Below, piece by piece: positions 41,259-50,055 of a stretch of DNA of 64,000 nucleotides; positions within the stretch are counted from its first letter, which is position 1, and each line of letters opens with the position of its first letter. The stretch lies in NCBI GenBank assembly GCA_031441465.1, contig JANOEP010000039.1:32001-96000 (forward strand), in the 5' to 3' direction. The position numbers were made by a program, and so were the translations under genes. The notes under the pieces were generated by a model that was not told the DNA's origin, ran no database searches, and saw only the letters and a program-made list of their open reading frames with translations. This stretch comes from a bacterium. Lineage in GTDB: Bacteria; Krumholzibacteriota; Krumholzibacteriia; LZORAL124-64-63.

Positions 41259-41783
41259 TCATTTGAGCGGCCGGCAGCCGCCCTCCACGTACGGCACATA
41301 CCGCTTCAGCAGGAAATGCTGCCAGGTCTGCTCCACCACGGCGGGCCAGCCCTCAAGGACCTCGCCGGCGGCGTGGACCTCGACCCGCACCAGCGTGCGC
41401 CCCTCGCCGGCGTCGGCGAAGGTCCAGGTCGTGACCATGTGGATGGCGTGTCCGGTCAGGCCCAGCGGTCCCTCGTAGCGCAGGATCTCGCCGCGGCGCG
41501 CGTAAGTCACGACGGCGTGGCGGATGCCGTCGCCCTGCTCGTCGAAGACCTCGAGGAAACCGCCGCCGGGCTTCGGTTCGACGACCAGGCGCACGGGGTG
41601 GTCGGACATGGTGTGGTCCCACCAGCCGGAGATGTCGCCGGTGGCGGCGTCGAAGGCCGCGGCCGGCGTCCCGGTCACCGTCGCCTCGACCGTGAAGGCG
41701 AACGAGCCGGTCGGCGGCGCCTCGGCGCGGGCGGACGCGGCGAGCAGCAGCGCGCAGCAGGCGAGGGTCGGGAAACATCGCAT
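41259..41783 (-). CDS. SRPBCC/START-like protein with a signal peptide
   Basis: AFDAAT..ISGWW, EPKPGG.F.E, EILRYEGPLG and terminal W..FL...VE helix. Confidence 0.65.
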   Translation of the reverse strand: MRCFPTLACCALLLAASARAEAPPTGSFAFTVEATVTGTPAAAFDAATGDISGWWDHTMSDHPVRLVVEPKPGGGFLEVFDEQGDGIRHAVVTYARRGEILRYEGPLGLTGHAIHMVTTWTFADAGEGRTLVRVEVHAAGEVLEGWPAVVEQTWQHFLLKRYVPYVEGGCRPLK

Positions 41784-41803
41784 GGAGGCACCTCCGGTGT
41801 TGA

Positions 41804-42607
41804 TCATTCGAGGACCGACACGGGATCGCCCGGGCGCAGGTCCCCCTCGCGCACCACGCGCGCGAACACGCCGAACATGACGCCGCCGCTGCATGTGCGG
41901 TAGTCGGTCAGCGTGCGCAACGGTTCCGGTCCGATCTCCCCGGTCAGCGGGTCGACCGTCGTGTTGGGGCAGCGCGGGCACGGGCGCAGGATCTCGAATT
42001 CGGCGCCGCCCGCACGCAGCCGACGCCACCCGTCCTCGGCGTAGGGTTCGCCGCCGCGGATCACCAGATTGGCCCGGAAGCGGTCCATGCCGACGCCGGC
42101 TTCGCCGCGCGCGGCGAGACGGCGGTTCAGGTCGGCGAGCGAGGCCTCGCAGCAGATCAGGTAGGGGGCCGATCCCGCCAGACCGTCGCTGAGCGTGGGG
42201 TCGTCGTCGGCGGAACCGGCGGCGGTTTCCACCAGGTGCGCGAGCCAGACCGTCTCGCCCAGCAGGTCGCTGAAGTAGCGGTTGGCCTCGGGCGCGGCGA
42301 CCCTGGCCGCGAGCGTGCGGCGCTTGACGGTGACCGGCAGGGGGGACGCGCTCGCGGGCGGCGGGTCGACGCGCAATATCGGGCCGTCGGTTCCCGAAAC
42401 GGTGAGGACGTCGCCGTCGAGGCCGATCGCCACGGTGGCGAGCCGGGGATGGGATTTGAGCATGACGGGTTCGCCCGACTGCGCGACCAGCAGCCACCGG
42501 CGGTCGCGGCGCAGGCCGCGGGCCAGCGCCGCGGCCTCTGTCAGGGGCACCGCGCGCGCGGCTTTGAGGGGGTAGGCGAAGAGGCTGCCGACGAGGAGGT
42601 CGCTCAC
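41804..42607 (-). CDS. MOSC domain protein
   Basis: YPLKAA, DRRW, SLADLN, RFRANLVI, YAEDGW, CPRC and FGV. Confidence 0.88.
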   Translation of the reverse strand: MSDLLVGSLFAYPLKAARAVPLTEAAALARGLRRDRRWLLVAQSGEPVMLKSHPRLATVAIGLDGDVLTVSGTDGPILRVDPPPASASPLPVTVKRRTLAARVAAPEANRYFSDLLGETVWLAHLVETAAGSADDDPTLSDGLAGSAPYLICCEASLADLNRRLAARGEAGVGMDRFRANLVIRGGEPYAEDGWRRLRAGGAEFEILRPCPRCPNTTVDPLTGEIGPEPLRTLTDYRTCSGGVMFGVFARVVREGDLRPGDPVSVLE

Positions 42608-42611
42608 ATCG

Positions 42612-44399
42612 TCATTCCCGCGGCAACAGCTTGGCCGGCACGTCCATCTCCATCTCCAGCAGGGCCTGCGACAGCGTCTTGCCCTGCGGGTCCAGCATGA
42701 GCGACACGGTGCCGCCGCCGCCCAGGGTCCGCTCCAGCAGGAAGTTCAGGGCCAGCAGGTTGGGCGCCTCGTGGCGCGTGACCCGGCCCAGCACGATGCC
42801 CTTGAAGAAACGCCGCACCACGGCCGGCTTCAGTTCCCGGCGCAGCCAGGCGTACAGTTCGGGGCTGCGGCACAGCACGCCGATGTTGCAGGTGTCGCCC
42901 TTGTCGCCGGAACGCGCGTAGGCCACCGCGCGCAGCTTCACGCGACGCGTGCGGCCGCCGGCGGCGGGCGGGGGCGGCGCCTTGACGGCGGCCACGGGGG
43001 TGCCGAGGCGCGGTGGCGCCGGATCCGCGAAGGCGATGGACTCGCTGCGTTCGAGGCCGTGGGTGTCGAGGGCGGTGACCCGGGCCGCGACGCTGCTGCG
43101 GCGGATCAGGGCGGGCCAGTAGGCCACGACCTCCGACGGCTTCGGCCGCCCTCCGGTCACCGCCAGCCCCGAGGGCCCCGACAGGATCATCGTCGGCAGC
43201 ACCATCCCGAAGTCGTGGACCTTGGCGCGGTCGTGGTCGCGGACGCCCAGGCGCAGCAGCACCTCGTCGGTCTCGCAACGGCCGAGGGTCTCCGGCCAGA
43301 TCGAGCCGGTGCCCACGACCGAGGTGTGGGTCGCGACGAATCGGTGCCCGACGCGGTTCCAGAAGGCGCGTGCGAGCGTCTCCGCCTTTTCCGTGGCGTC
43401 GGGCCCGCTGACCAGGATGGTGCCGGTCGCCTTCCAGCCGTCCTGGTAGGCCATCGAGACCTTGAAGTTCTCGGGCCGCGGCGTCCCGCGCACGCCCGAG
43501 ACGCGCACCCGGTCGCGGCCGAGGTCCTCCAGGCCGATGGTGTCGAAGCGGGCGATGACGTCGGGCGAGATGTAGCAGCGCGGGTCGCCCATCTCGTAGA
43601 CGAGCTGCTCCTTCACGGTCTTCTCGCTGACGAGCCCGCCGGTGCGGCGGTGCTTGGTCACGACGAAGGACCCGTCCGGCGACACTTCGACGATCGGGTA
43701 GCCGATGCGGTCGAAGGTGGGCACGTCGCGCCAGTCGGTCAGGTTGCCGCCGGTGGCCTGCGTGCCGCATTCGATGACGTGGCCGGCGACGATGCCCGCG
43801 GCGAGGCGGTCCCAGTCGTCCTCGTTCCAGCCGAACTCGTGCATCAGCGGCGCCAGCGTGATGCCGGTGTCGGTCACCCGACCGGTCACCACGACGCGGC
43901 AGCCCATCTCTAGCGCCCGCACGACGGGTTCGGCGCCGAGGTAGACGTTGGCGGCGGACACCCGCGACAGGTGCGGCGCCAGGGGTGCGCCCGTCTCCAT
44001 GTTGTCCAGGGGGTCGCCGCCGTCGCGCAGCTCCGTCAGCCGGCCCAGGATATCGTCGCCGGAGACCACGCCCACCTTCAGGCGCAGTCCCAGCTCGCGC
44101 GCGATCTCCACCAGCTTGCGGCCGAGCCCCTCGGGGTTCACGCCGCCGGCGTTGGTGATGACCGTCGCGCCGGTCTCCATCATCAAGGGCAGGCAGTCGC
44201 GCATCTGGTCGACGAAGTCCGTCGCGTAGCCCAGCGAGGGATCCTTGGCGCGCTGTCGCTGCAGGATGGACATGGTGACTTCGGCCAGGTAGTCCAGGGA
44301 GACGTAGTCCAGCGGTCCGCCTTCGAGTTGGCGGCGCAGCGCGCGGACGTCGTCGCCCCAGTACCCGCCGGCGTTGCCGATGCGGACGGTGCGCGTCAT
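42612..44399 (-). CDS. Acyclic terpene utilization AtuA-family protein (DUF1446 plus C-terminal domain)
   Basis: IGNAGGYWGD, DYLAEVT, NAGGVNP, GRVTD, GHVIECG, QLVYE, ARSGDKG and LDPQGK. Confidence 0.88.
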   Translation of the reverse strand: MTRTVRIGNAGGYWGDDVRALRRQLEGGPLDYVSLDYLAEVTMSILQRQRAKDPSLGYATDFVDQMRDCLPLMMETGATVITNAGGVNPEGLGRKLVEIARELGLRLKVGVVSGDDILGRLTELRDGGDPLDNMETGAPLAPHLSRVSAANVYLGAEPVVRALEMGCRVVVTGRVTDTGITLAPLMHEFGWNEDDWDRLAAGIVAGHVIECGTQATGGNLTDWRDVPTFDRIGYPIVEVSPDGSFVVTKHRRTGGLVSEKTVKEQLVYEMGDPRCYISPDVIARFDTIGLEDLGRDRVRVSGVRGTPRPENFKVSMAYQDGWKATGTILVSGPDATEKAETLARAFWNRVGHRFVATHTSVVGTGSIWPETLGRCETDEVLLRLGVRDHDRAKVHDFGMVLPTMILSGPSGLAVTGGRPKPSEVVAYWPALIRRSSVAARVTALDTHGLERSESIAFADPAPPRLGTPVAAVKAPPPPAAGGRTRRVKLRAVAYARSGDKGDTCNIGVLCRSPELYAWLRRELKPAVVRRFFKGIVLGRVTRHEAPNLLALNFLLERTLGGGGTVSLMLDPQGKTLSQALLEMEMDVPAKLLPRE

Positions 44400-44545
44400 G
44401 GATGGCTCCCGGTTGGCGTGGGCGGACGGCAAGGGATGCTATAGGCGACGCCGATCCGGAACAAGATGTGATTTCCGGCATCGCTCGGGTAAGGAGCCGG
44501 GATCGAGGGGTCCCCGATCCCGGCTCTGGACGTCCACGGGCGGGA

Positions 44546-44962
44546 TCAGCTCTGCAGATCGGCGTCGGCCTGCTTCAGCAGGGCGGCGAAGGCGGCCGCG
44601 TCACGGCCCTCGATCTCCATGCGATGGATGTACCGCACGGCCTTGCCGTCGCGCAGCAGCAGGACCGAAGGGCTGCTCGGGGCGAAGCTGCCGAACCGGG
44701 CGCGGACCTGGGAGGTGGCTTCGAGATCCATGCCGGCGAAGACCGTCCCGAGGTGGTCGGGGCGATTCGAATCGGCCAGGAACAGGCTTAAGCCGGGTCG
44801 GGCGCTGCCGGCGGCGCAACCGCAGACCGAGTTGAAAAACAGCAGGGAGGTGCCCGGGCGCGCCAGGAAAGCGTCCACTTCCGAGGCGGTGGTCAGCTCT
44901 TCCATCCCTAGGCGGGTCAATTCGGACCTCATGTGCTGGGTCATCACGGGATCGTACATCAT
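44546..44962 (-). CDS. BrxA/BrxB family bacilliredoxin (DUF1094)
   Basis: NSVCGCAAGSARP, TVFAGMD, PSSPS and HRMEIEG. Confidence 0.88.
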   Translation of the reverse strand: MMYDPVMTQHMRSELTRLGMEELTTASEVDAFLARPGTSLLFFNSVCGCAAGSARPGLSLFLADSNRPDHLGTVFAGMDLEATSQVRARFGSFAPSSPSVLLLRDGKAVRYIHRMEIEGRDAAAFAALLKQADADLQS

Positions 44963-45001
44963 CCACTCCAACCAATTGAGGGGAGGGCGAGTTTAGGGAG
45001 A

Positions 45002-45024
45002 ATGATTATGATATCTGTAATCAT
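45002..45024. promoter_or_regulatory. AT-rich palindrome (putative operator) in a divergent intergenic region
   Basis: ATGATTA-tGATATCtg-TAATCAT. Confidence 0.45.
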
Positions 45025-45129
45025 AAAATAGCGCCACGAATCAGGCTATTGTCGGTCCTGACTTGAAATCCCGGCGTCGCGGCCTATCCTTGGGGCAGGT
45101 TGAGCGACCCGAACCCCCGGAGGCACCCG

Positions 45130-45924
45130 GTGAAGACGACGACCCTGGCGATCCTCGCGATCGCGTTGTCCGTGGCCCTGATCGGCTGCGGCGAAAAGAA
45201 GAGCGATTCAGCCGCCGCCTGGAACCAGAAGGCCGCGGCCGCGGCCAAGGACTCCCCGAGCGAGGCCGCGCCGCCCGGCATGGCCGCCGGCGGCAATCTC
45301 GGCGGTGTAGTGGCCGAGACGTTCAATTCCGGCGGCTACACTTATGTCCGGCTCAAGACGGCCGGCGGCGAGCTGTGGGCGGCCGGTCCCGAGGGCCCGA
45401 TGCAGGTCGGGCAGAAGCTCGAACTGGTGGGCGCCATGGCCATGCAGAACTTCCACGCTGCGAGCCTCAACCGCGACTTCGCGGAGATCTGGTTCGCGGC
45501 CTCCTTCGCCGCGCCGGGCCAGGCCCCCCCGGTGGACATGCAGGCGGAGATCAAGAAGGCCCACGGCGGAGTGGCCGTCGGCAAAGCCGACGCCGACTTC
45601 AGCGGCCTGACGACCCCGTCGGGCGGTCTGAAGGTCGCCGAGGTGAACACGCGCCGCGCCGAGCTGGCGGGCCGGTCCGTCAAGGTGCGGGGCAAGGTCG
45701 TCAAGTCGCTGACCGGCATCATGGGCCACAACTGGCTGCACGTGCAGGACGGTTCGGGCGACGGCGAGACCGCCGACCTGACCGTGACCACCGACGCCGC
45801 CGCCAAGGTCGGCGATACGGTCCTGATCGAGGGCGTGCTCGCGGTCGACAAGGACTTCGGCAGCGGCTACTTCTACAAGGCGATCGTCGAGGACGCCGCC
45901 GTCCGCGTGGAGCAGTCCTCGTAG
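45130..45924 (+). CDS. Lipoprotein with two OB-fold-like domains
   Basis: Lipobox LIGC; GGYTYV..WAA; GKVVK...IMGHNWLHVQDG...KDFGSGYFY; upstream TTGAAA-16 nt-TATCCT. Confidence 0.75.
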   Translation: MKTTTLAILAIALSVALIGCGEKKSDSAAAWNQKAAAAAKDSPSEAAPPGMAAGGNLGGVVAETFNSGGYTYVRLKTAGGELWAAGPEGPMQVGQKLELVGAMAMQNFHAASLNRDFAEIWFAASFAAPGQAPPVDMQAEIKKAHGGVAVGKADADFSGLTTPSGGLKVAEVNTRRAELAGRSVKVRGKVVKSLTGIMGHNWLHVQDGSGDGETADLTVTTDAAAKVGDTVLIEGVLAVDKDFGSGYFYKAIVEDAAVRVEQSS

Positions 45925-46005
45925 GACCGGCCGTCACCGGCTGTGCGACGGACGGCGGCTGCGGTCGCCGTCCGTCTTGTTGGTCCCGGGGGATCCGGAG
46001 CCGAG

Positions 46006-47187
46006 ATGAGCGAGCGCACCATCCTGCACGTGGACATGGACGCCTTCTTCGCTTCGGTGGAGGTGCTCGACGACCCGCGCCTGCGGGGCAAGCCGGTGAT
46101 CGTCGGCGGCACGCCCGAGGGCCGCGGCGTGGTGTCGGCCGCCAGCTACGAGGCGCGCCGCTACGGCGTGCGCAGCGCCATGAGCGCGGCGCGCGCGGTC
46201 CGGCTCTGCCCCGACGGCGTGTTCCTGCGCGGGCGCATGGAGCGCTACGCCGAGGTCTCGGGCTGGATCTTCGACGTCTTCCACGAGATCTCCCCGCTGG
46301 TCGAACCGCTGTCGGTGGACGAGGCGTTCCTGGACGTCGGCGGCTGCCGGCGCCTGCTCGGAGACGGCCCCACCATCGGGCGCCTCGTGAAACGGCGCCT
46401 CCTCGACGAGATCGGGCTGGTCGCGTCGGTCGGCGTGGCGCCGAACAAGTTCCTGGCCAAGCTGGCGAGCGACCTGGAGAAGCCGGACGGCTTCGTGGTG
46501 GTCGATCCCGCGCGAATCCAGGAATTCCTCGACCCGCTCCCGGTGAGCCGGATGTGGGGCGTGGGGGAGAAGTCCGCCGCCGTCCTGGAGTCCCTCGGCA
46601 TCCGGACGGTTCGCGACCTGCGGCTCGCCGACGCAGTCCGCCTGGAGTCGCGCCTGGGTGCGGCCTTCACGCAGCACGTGAGGGAACTGGCGGTCGGCCA
46701 CGACGAGCGGCCGGTGACGACCGACCACGAGGCCCGCAGCATCGGCCACGAGATCACCTTCGCCGAGGACATCGGCGAGCGCGAGGCGCTGGTGGAGGTC
46801 CTCGACCAGCTCGCGCACAAGGTGGCCCGCCGGCTGCGCCGCGCCGGCAAGCTGGCGCGCACGGTGCAGCTCAAGGCCCGCTTCCCCGACTTCACGACCG
46901 TGACGCGCGCCGAGACCTTGCCCGAGCCCACCGACCGCACCGATGTGCTGCGCGACGCCGGCCGCCGCCTTTTCGACGGGCAGCTCGATCGGCAGGGCCG
47001 CCCCCTGCGGCTGATCGGCCTCTCGGGCCAGAACCTCGTCGATCACGAGGTGCGGCCGCCGACCCTGTTCCCGGATCCCGCCGAGGAACGCGGCCGCGCG
47101 CTCGACACGATCATGGACCGGGCCGCCGAGCGTTACGGCGGCCGGGCGATCACCCGCGGTTTGCCGCGCCGCAAGCCCAAGCCCTGA
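46006..47187 (+). CDS. dinB: DNA polymerase IV
   Basis: ILHVDMDAFFASVE, SYEARRYGV, SVDEAFLD and NKFLAKLASD..KPDG. Confidence 0.95.
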   Translation: MSERTILHVDMDAFFASVEVLDDPRLRGKPVIVGGTPEGRGVVSAASYEARRYGVRSAMSAARAVRLCPDGVFLRGRMERYAEVSGWIFDVFHEISPLVEPLSVDEAFLDVGGCRRLLGDGPTIGRLVKRRLLDEIGLVASVGVAPNKFLAKLASDLEKPDGFVVVDPARIQEFLDPLPVSRMWGVGEKSAAVLESLGIRTVRDLRLADAVRLESRLGAAFTQHVRELAVGHDERPVTTDHEARSIGHEITFAEDIGEREALVEVLDQLAHKVARRLRRAGKLARTVQLKARFPDFTTVTRAETLPEPTDRTDVLRDAGRRLFDGQLDRQGRPLRLIGLSGQNLVDHEVRPPTLFPDPAEERGRALDTIMDRAAERYGGRAITRGLPRRKPKP

Positions 47188-47260
47188 CCCGGCAGTCGCA
47201 GCTTGCGGGTCCGGGCGGCTTCTGCGATCCTGCCCGGGGCCCACGAACGGAAGGACACCC

Positions 47261-47755
47261 ATGCGCAGGACCGTCGTCGGAGTCATGGGCGGCTGCTCCG
47301 CCGAGCCCGCTACGCTGGAGCACGCGCGCGAACTGGGCCGGCTCATCGCCGCCGAGGGCTGGGTGCTGCTCAACGGGGGCCGGCCGACCGGTGTGATGGA
47401 CGCCTCGGCCCGCGGCGCCCGCGAGGCCGGCGGCCTGAGCGTCGGCGTGCTGTTCGACGACGACGTGTCCGCGGCCAGCGAGCACCTGGATATCGTCATC
47501 CCGACCGGCTTGGGCGCCGGCCGCAACATCATCAACGTGCTGGGCAGCGACGCGATCGTCGCCTGCCGCGGCAGCGGCGGCACCCTGAGCGAGGTCGCCA
47601 TGGCCCTGCGCTTCGGCAAGAGGGTCGTGCTGCTGGACTTCGATCCCGGCAGCCGGTTTTTGAACCTGTGCGGCGGCGGGCAATGGAGCCTGGCCGCGAC
47701 CCCCGCCGAGGCGGTGACCCAGGTCAAGACCTGGCTCGCCCGGCCGAAGGATTGA
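47261..47755 (+). CDS. LOG/SLOG family protein (TIGR00725-like)
   Basis: GVMGG, NGG..GVMDA, PTGLGAGRN and GGTLSE. Confidence 0.85.
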   Translation: MRRTVVGVMGGCSAEPATLEHARELGRLIAAEGWVLLNGGRPTGVMDASARGAREAGGLSVGVLFDDDVSAASEHLDIVIPTGLGAGRNIINVLGSDAIVACRGSGGTLSEVAMALRFGKRVVLLDFDPGSRFLNLCGGGQWSLAATPAEAVTQVKTWLARPKD

Positions 47756-47758
47756 CCC

Positions 47759-49777
47759 ATGTGCGGTATCTGCGGAGCAGTGGCGCTGGAGGGACGGCTC
47801 GACGTCCCCGACGGCGCGACCGAACGGATGATCGGCGTGATGCGCCACCGTGGGCCCGACGAGTTCGGGGCCTGGCGCGACGATCACGTCCTGCTCGGCC
47901 ACGCCCGCCTGAGCATCATCGACCTGGCGACCGGCCAGCAGCCGATGGGCGACGCCGCGGGCCGCCTCTGGCTGACCTACAACGGTGAGATCTTCAACTA
48001 CGTCGAGCTGCGCGAGGAACTGCGCGCGCTCGGGCACACCTTCCACACCGCCTCGGACACCGAGGTGCTCCTGGAATCCTACCGCTGCTGGGGCGACGCC
48101 TGCGTCGAACACTTCGTGGGCCAGTTCGCCTTCGCGCTCTGGGACAGCGAGCGCCGGCGCTTGCTGCTGGCCCGCGACCGTTTCGGCATCCGACCCCTGT
48201 TCTGGACCGTGCGCGCCGGCGTCCTGCTGTTCGCCTCGGAGATCAAGGCCCTGGGCGCTTGGAACGCCGAGGCTCCGATGCTGGACCCCGGCGCCCTGAG
48301 CGAGATCTTCACCTACTGGGTGAACATCCCGCCGGCGACGCCTTTCCGCGGCGTCCAGCAGCTGCCCGCCGGCCACACGGCCTCGCTCGAGCTGGGCCGA
48401 GGCGGCAACACCCGCCCCGAGCTGCGCCCGCACCGCTACTGGCACCCGACGTTCCTGCCCGCCCGCGAGGATCACCGCTTCGTGGCCCGCGACGAGTTGC
48501 CGGGCATGGCGCGCCGGATCCGCGAACTGCTGGCCGACGCGGCGGTCATCCGCCTGCGGGCCGACGTGCCGGTCGGCGCCTATCTGTCCGGCGGGTTGGA
48601 CTCTTCGGCGACCGCGGCGCTCATCCAGCACACGACCCAACGGCGGATGAAGACCTTCTCGGTGGGCTTCAAGGACGCGGCCTACGACGAAACGCGCTGG
48701 CAGACGATGATGGCCGAGCACCTGGGCACCGACCACGAGTCGATCTGCGTCGGCGACGCCGAGATCGCCGGCGCCTTCGAGCGCGTGGTGTGGCTGTGCG
48801 AGACGCCGCTGCTGCGCACCGCGCCGGCGCCGCTGTACGCGCTGTCCGGCCTGGTCCGCTCCCAGAACTACAAGGTCGTGCTCACCGGCGAGGGGGCCGA
48901 CGAGGTCTTCTGCGGCTACAACATCCTGCGCGAGGCCAAAGTGCGCGCCTTCTGGGCGCGCGACCCCCGCTCGCGCCGGCGGCCGCTGCTGCTGACGAAG
49001 CTCTACCCGTACCTCCAGCAATCGCCGCCGGGATTCCTGGCCCAGTTCTACGGCGCGGGCCTGGAGGAGGCGGCGACCGATCCCTACTTCTCGCACCGCC
49101 CGCGCTGGCGCAACACCGGGACGATCGGCGCCTTCCTGGCGGCCGACATCCAGGAGGCGGCCGTGGCCCGGGACAGCGAGGAGCGGCTGGGCGCTTCGCT
49201 GCCCCCCGAGTTCCGCCTCTGGGGGCCGGTCGCGCGCGCGCAGTACCTGGAGATGACCCTGTTCATGGCGGGCTACCTGCTCTCCTCGCAGGGCGACCGC
49301 ATGCTCATGGGCCACACGGTGGAGGGTCGCTTCCCGTTCCTGGACCATCGCCTGGCCGAGCTGGCGGGCACGCTGCCGGCCAGCGCCAAGCTGGCGGGCC
49401 TGAAGGAAAAGGCTTTACTCAAGCAGGCGGTGGCCGATCTGCTGCCTGCGGCCATCGTCGAGCGCCCCAAACAGCCCTACCGCGCCCCGGACAGCGCCAG
49501 CTTCTTCGTGGGGCCGGGCGCCGAACTGGTGCGCGAGGCGTTCGACACCGAGGCGCTGCTCGAGACCGGCCTGATCGACCCGCAGCGCACCGCGGGCCTG
49601 CTGCGCAAGTGGCAAGCCGGCAAGCTGACCAGCTCGCGGGACAACATGGCGTTCGTGGGTCTGCTCAGCCTGCAGCTGCTGGCCCGGCAATTCGGCCCCG
49701 GATTCGCGCCGCGGGTCCGCGAGGAAGCGCTGCGGCCCGAAGAATTGAACTGGCGCGGCGGTTCGGCCGCCGTCTGA
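47759..49777 (+). CDS. asnB: Asparagine synthase (glutamine-hydrolysing) family amidotransferase
   Basis: MCGICG, HRGPD, RLSIID, NGEIFN, LSGGLDS, TGEGADE and RFPFLD. Confidence 0.92.
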   Translation: MCGICGAVALEGRLDVPDGATERMIGVMRHRGPDEFGAWRDDHVLLGHARLSIIDLATGQQPMGDAAGRLWLTYNGEIFNYVELREELRALGHTFHTASDTEVLLESYRCWGDACVEHFVGQFAFALWDSERRRLLLARDRFGIRPLFWTVRAGVLLFASEIKALGAWNAEAPMLDPGALSEIFTYWVNIPPATPFRGVQQLPAGHTASLELGRGGNTRPELRPHRYWHPTFLPAREDHRFVARDELPGMARRIRELLADAAVIRLRADVPVGAYLSGGLDSSATAALIQHTTQRRMKTFSVGFKDAAYDETRWQTMMAEHLGTDHESICVGDAEIAGAFERVVWLCETPLLRTAPAPLYALSGLVRSQNYKVVLTGEGADEVFCGYNILREAKVRAFWARDPRSRRRPLLLTKLYPYLQQSPPGFLAQFYGAGLEEAATDPYFSHRPRWRNTGTIGAFLAADIQEAAVARDSEERLGASLPPEFRLWGPVARAQYLEMTLFMAGYLLSSQGDRMLMGHTVEGRFPFLDHRLAELAGTLPASAKLAGLKEKALLKQAVADLLPAAIVERPKQPYRAPDSASFFVGPGAELVREAFDTEALLETGLIDPQRTAGLLRKWQAGKLTSSRDNMAFVGLLSLQLLARQFGPGFAPRVREEALRPEELNWRGGSAAV

Positions 49778-49805
49778 CAACACGGTACAGAGAGGGAGAT
49801 GCAGG

Positions 49806-50051
49806 ATGGAATTGCGGCAGCAGATCCGCGGCTTCGTGGTGGAGAATTTCCTGTTCGGCGACGGCGTGCCGCTCAAGGACGACCAGATGTCGCTGTTGGA
49901 CAACGGCATCATGGACTCGGTCGGCGTGATGGAACTCGTCGCCTTCCTCGAGGGCGACCTGGGCCTGGGCATCGAGGACCAGGAACTCGTGCCGGAGAAC
50001 CTCGACTCGATCGACAACCTCGTCGGCTTCGTCACGCGCAAGCGGGGGTAG
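49806..50051 (+). CDS. Acyl carrier protein
   Basis: GIMDSVGVMELV (phosphopantetheine serine), ENLDSI; 81 aa, acidic. Confidence 0.92.
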   Translation: MELRQQIRGFVVENFLFGDGVPLKDDQMSLLDNGIMDSVGVMELVAFLEGDLGLGIEDQELVPENLDSIDNLVGFVTRKRG

Positions 50052-50055
50052 GACC

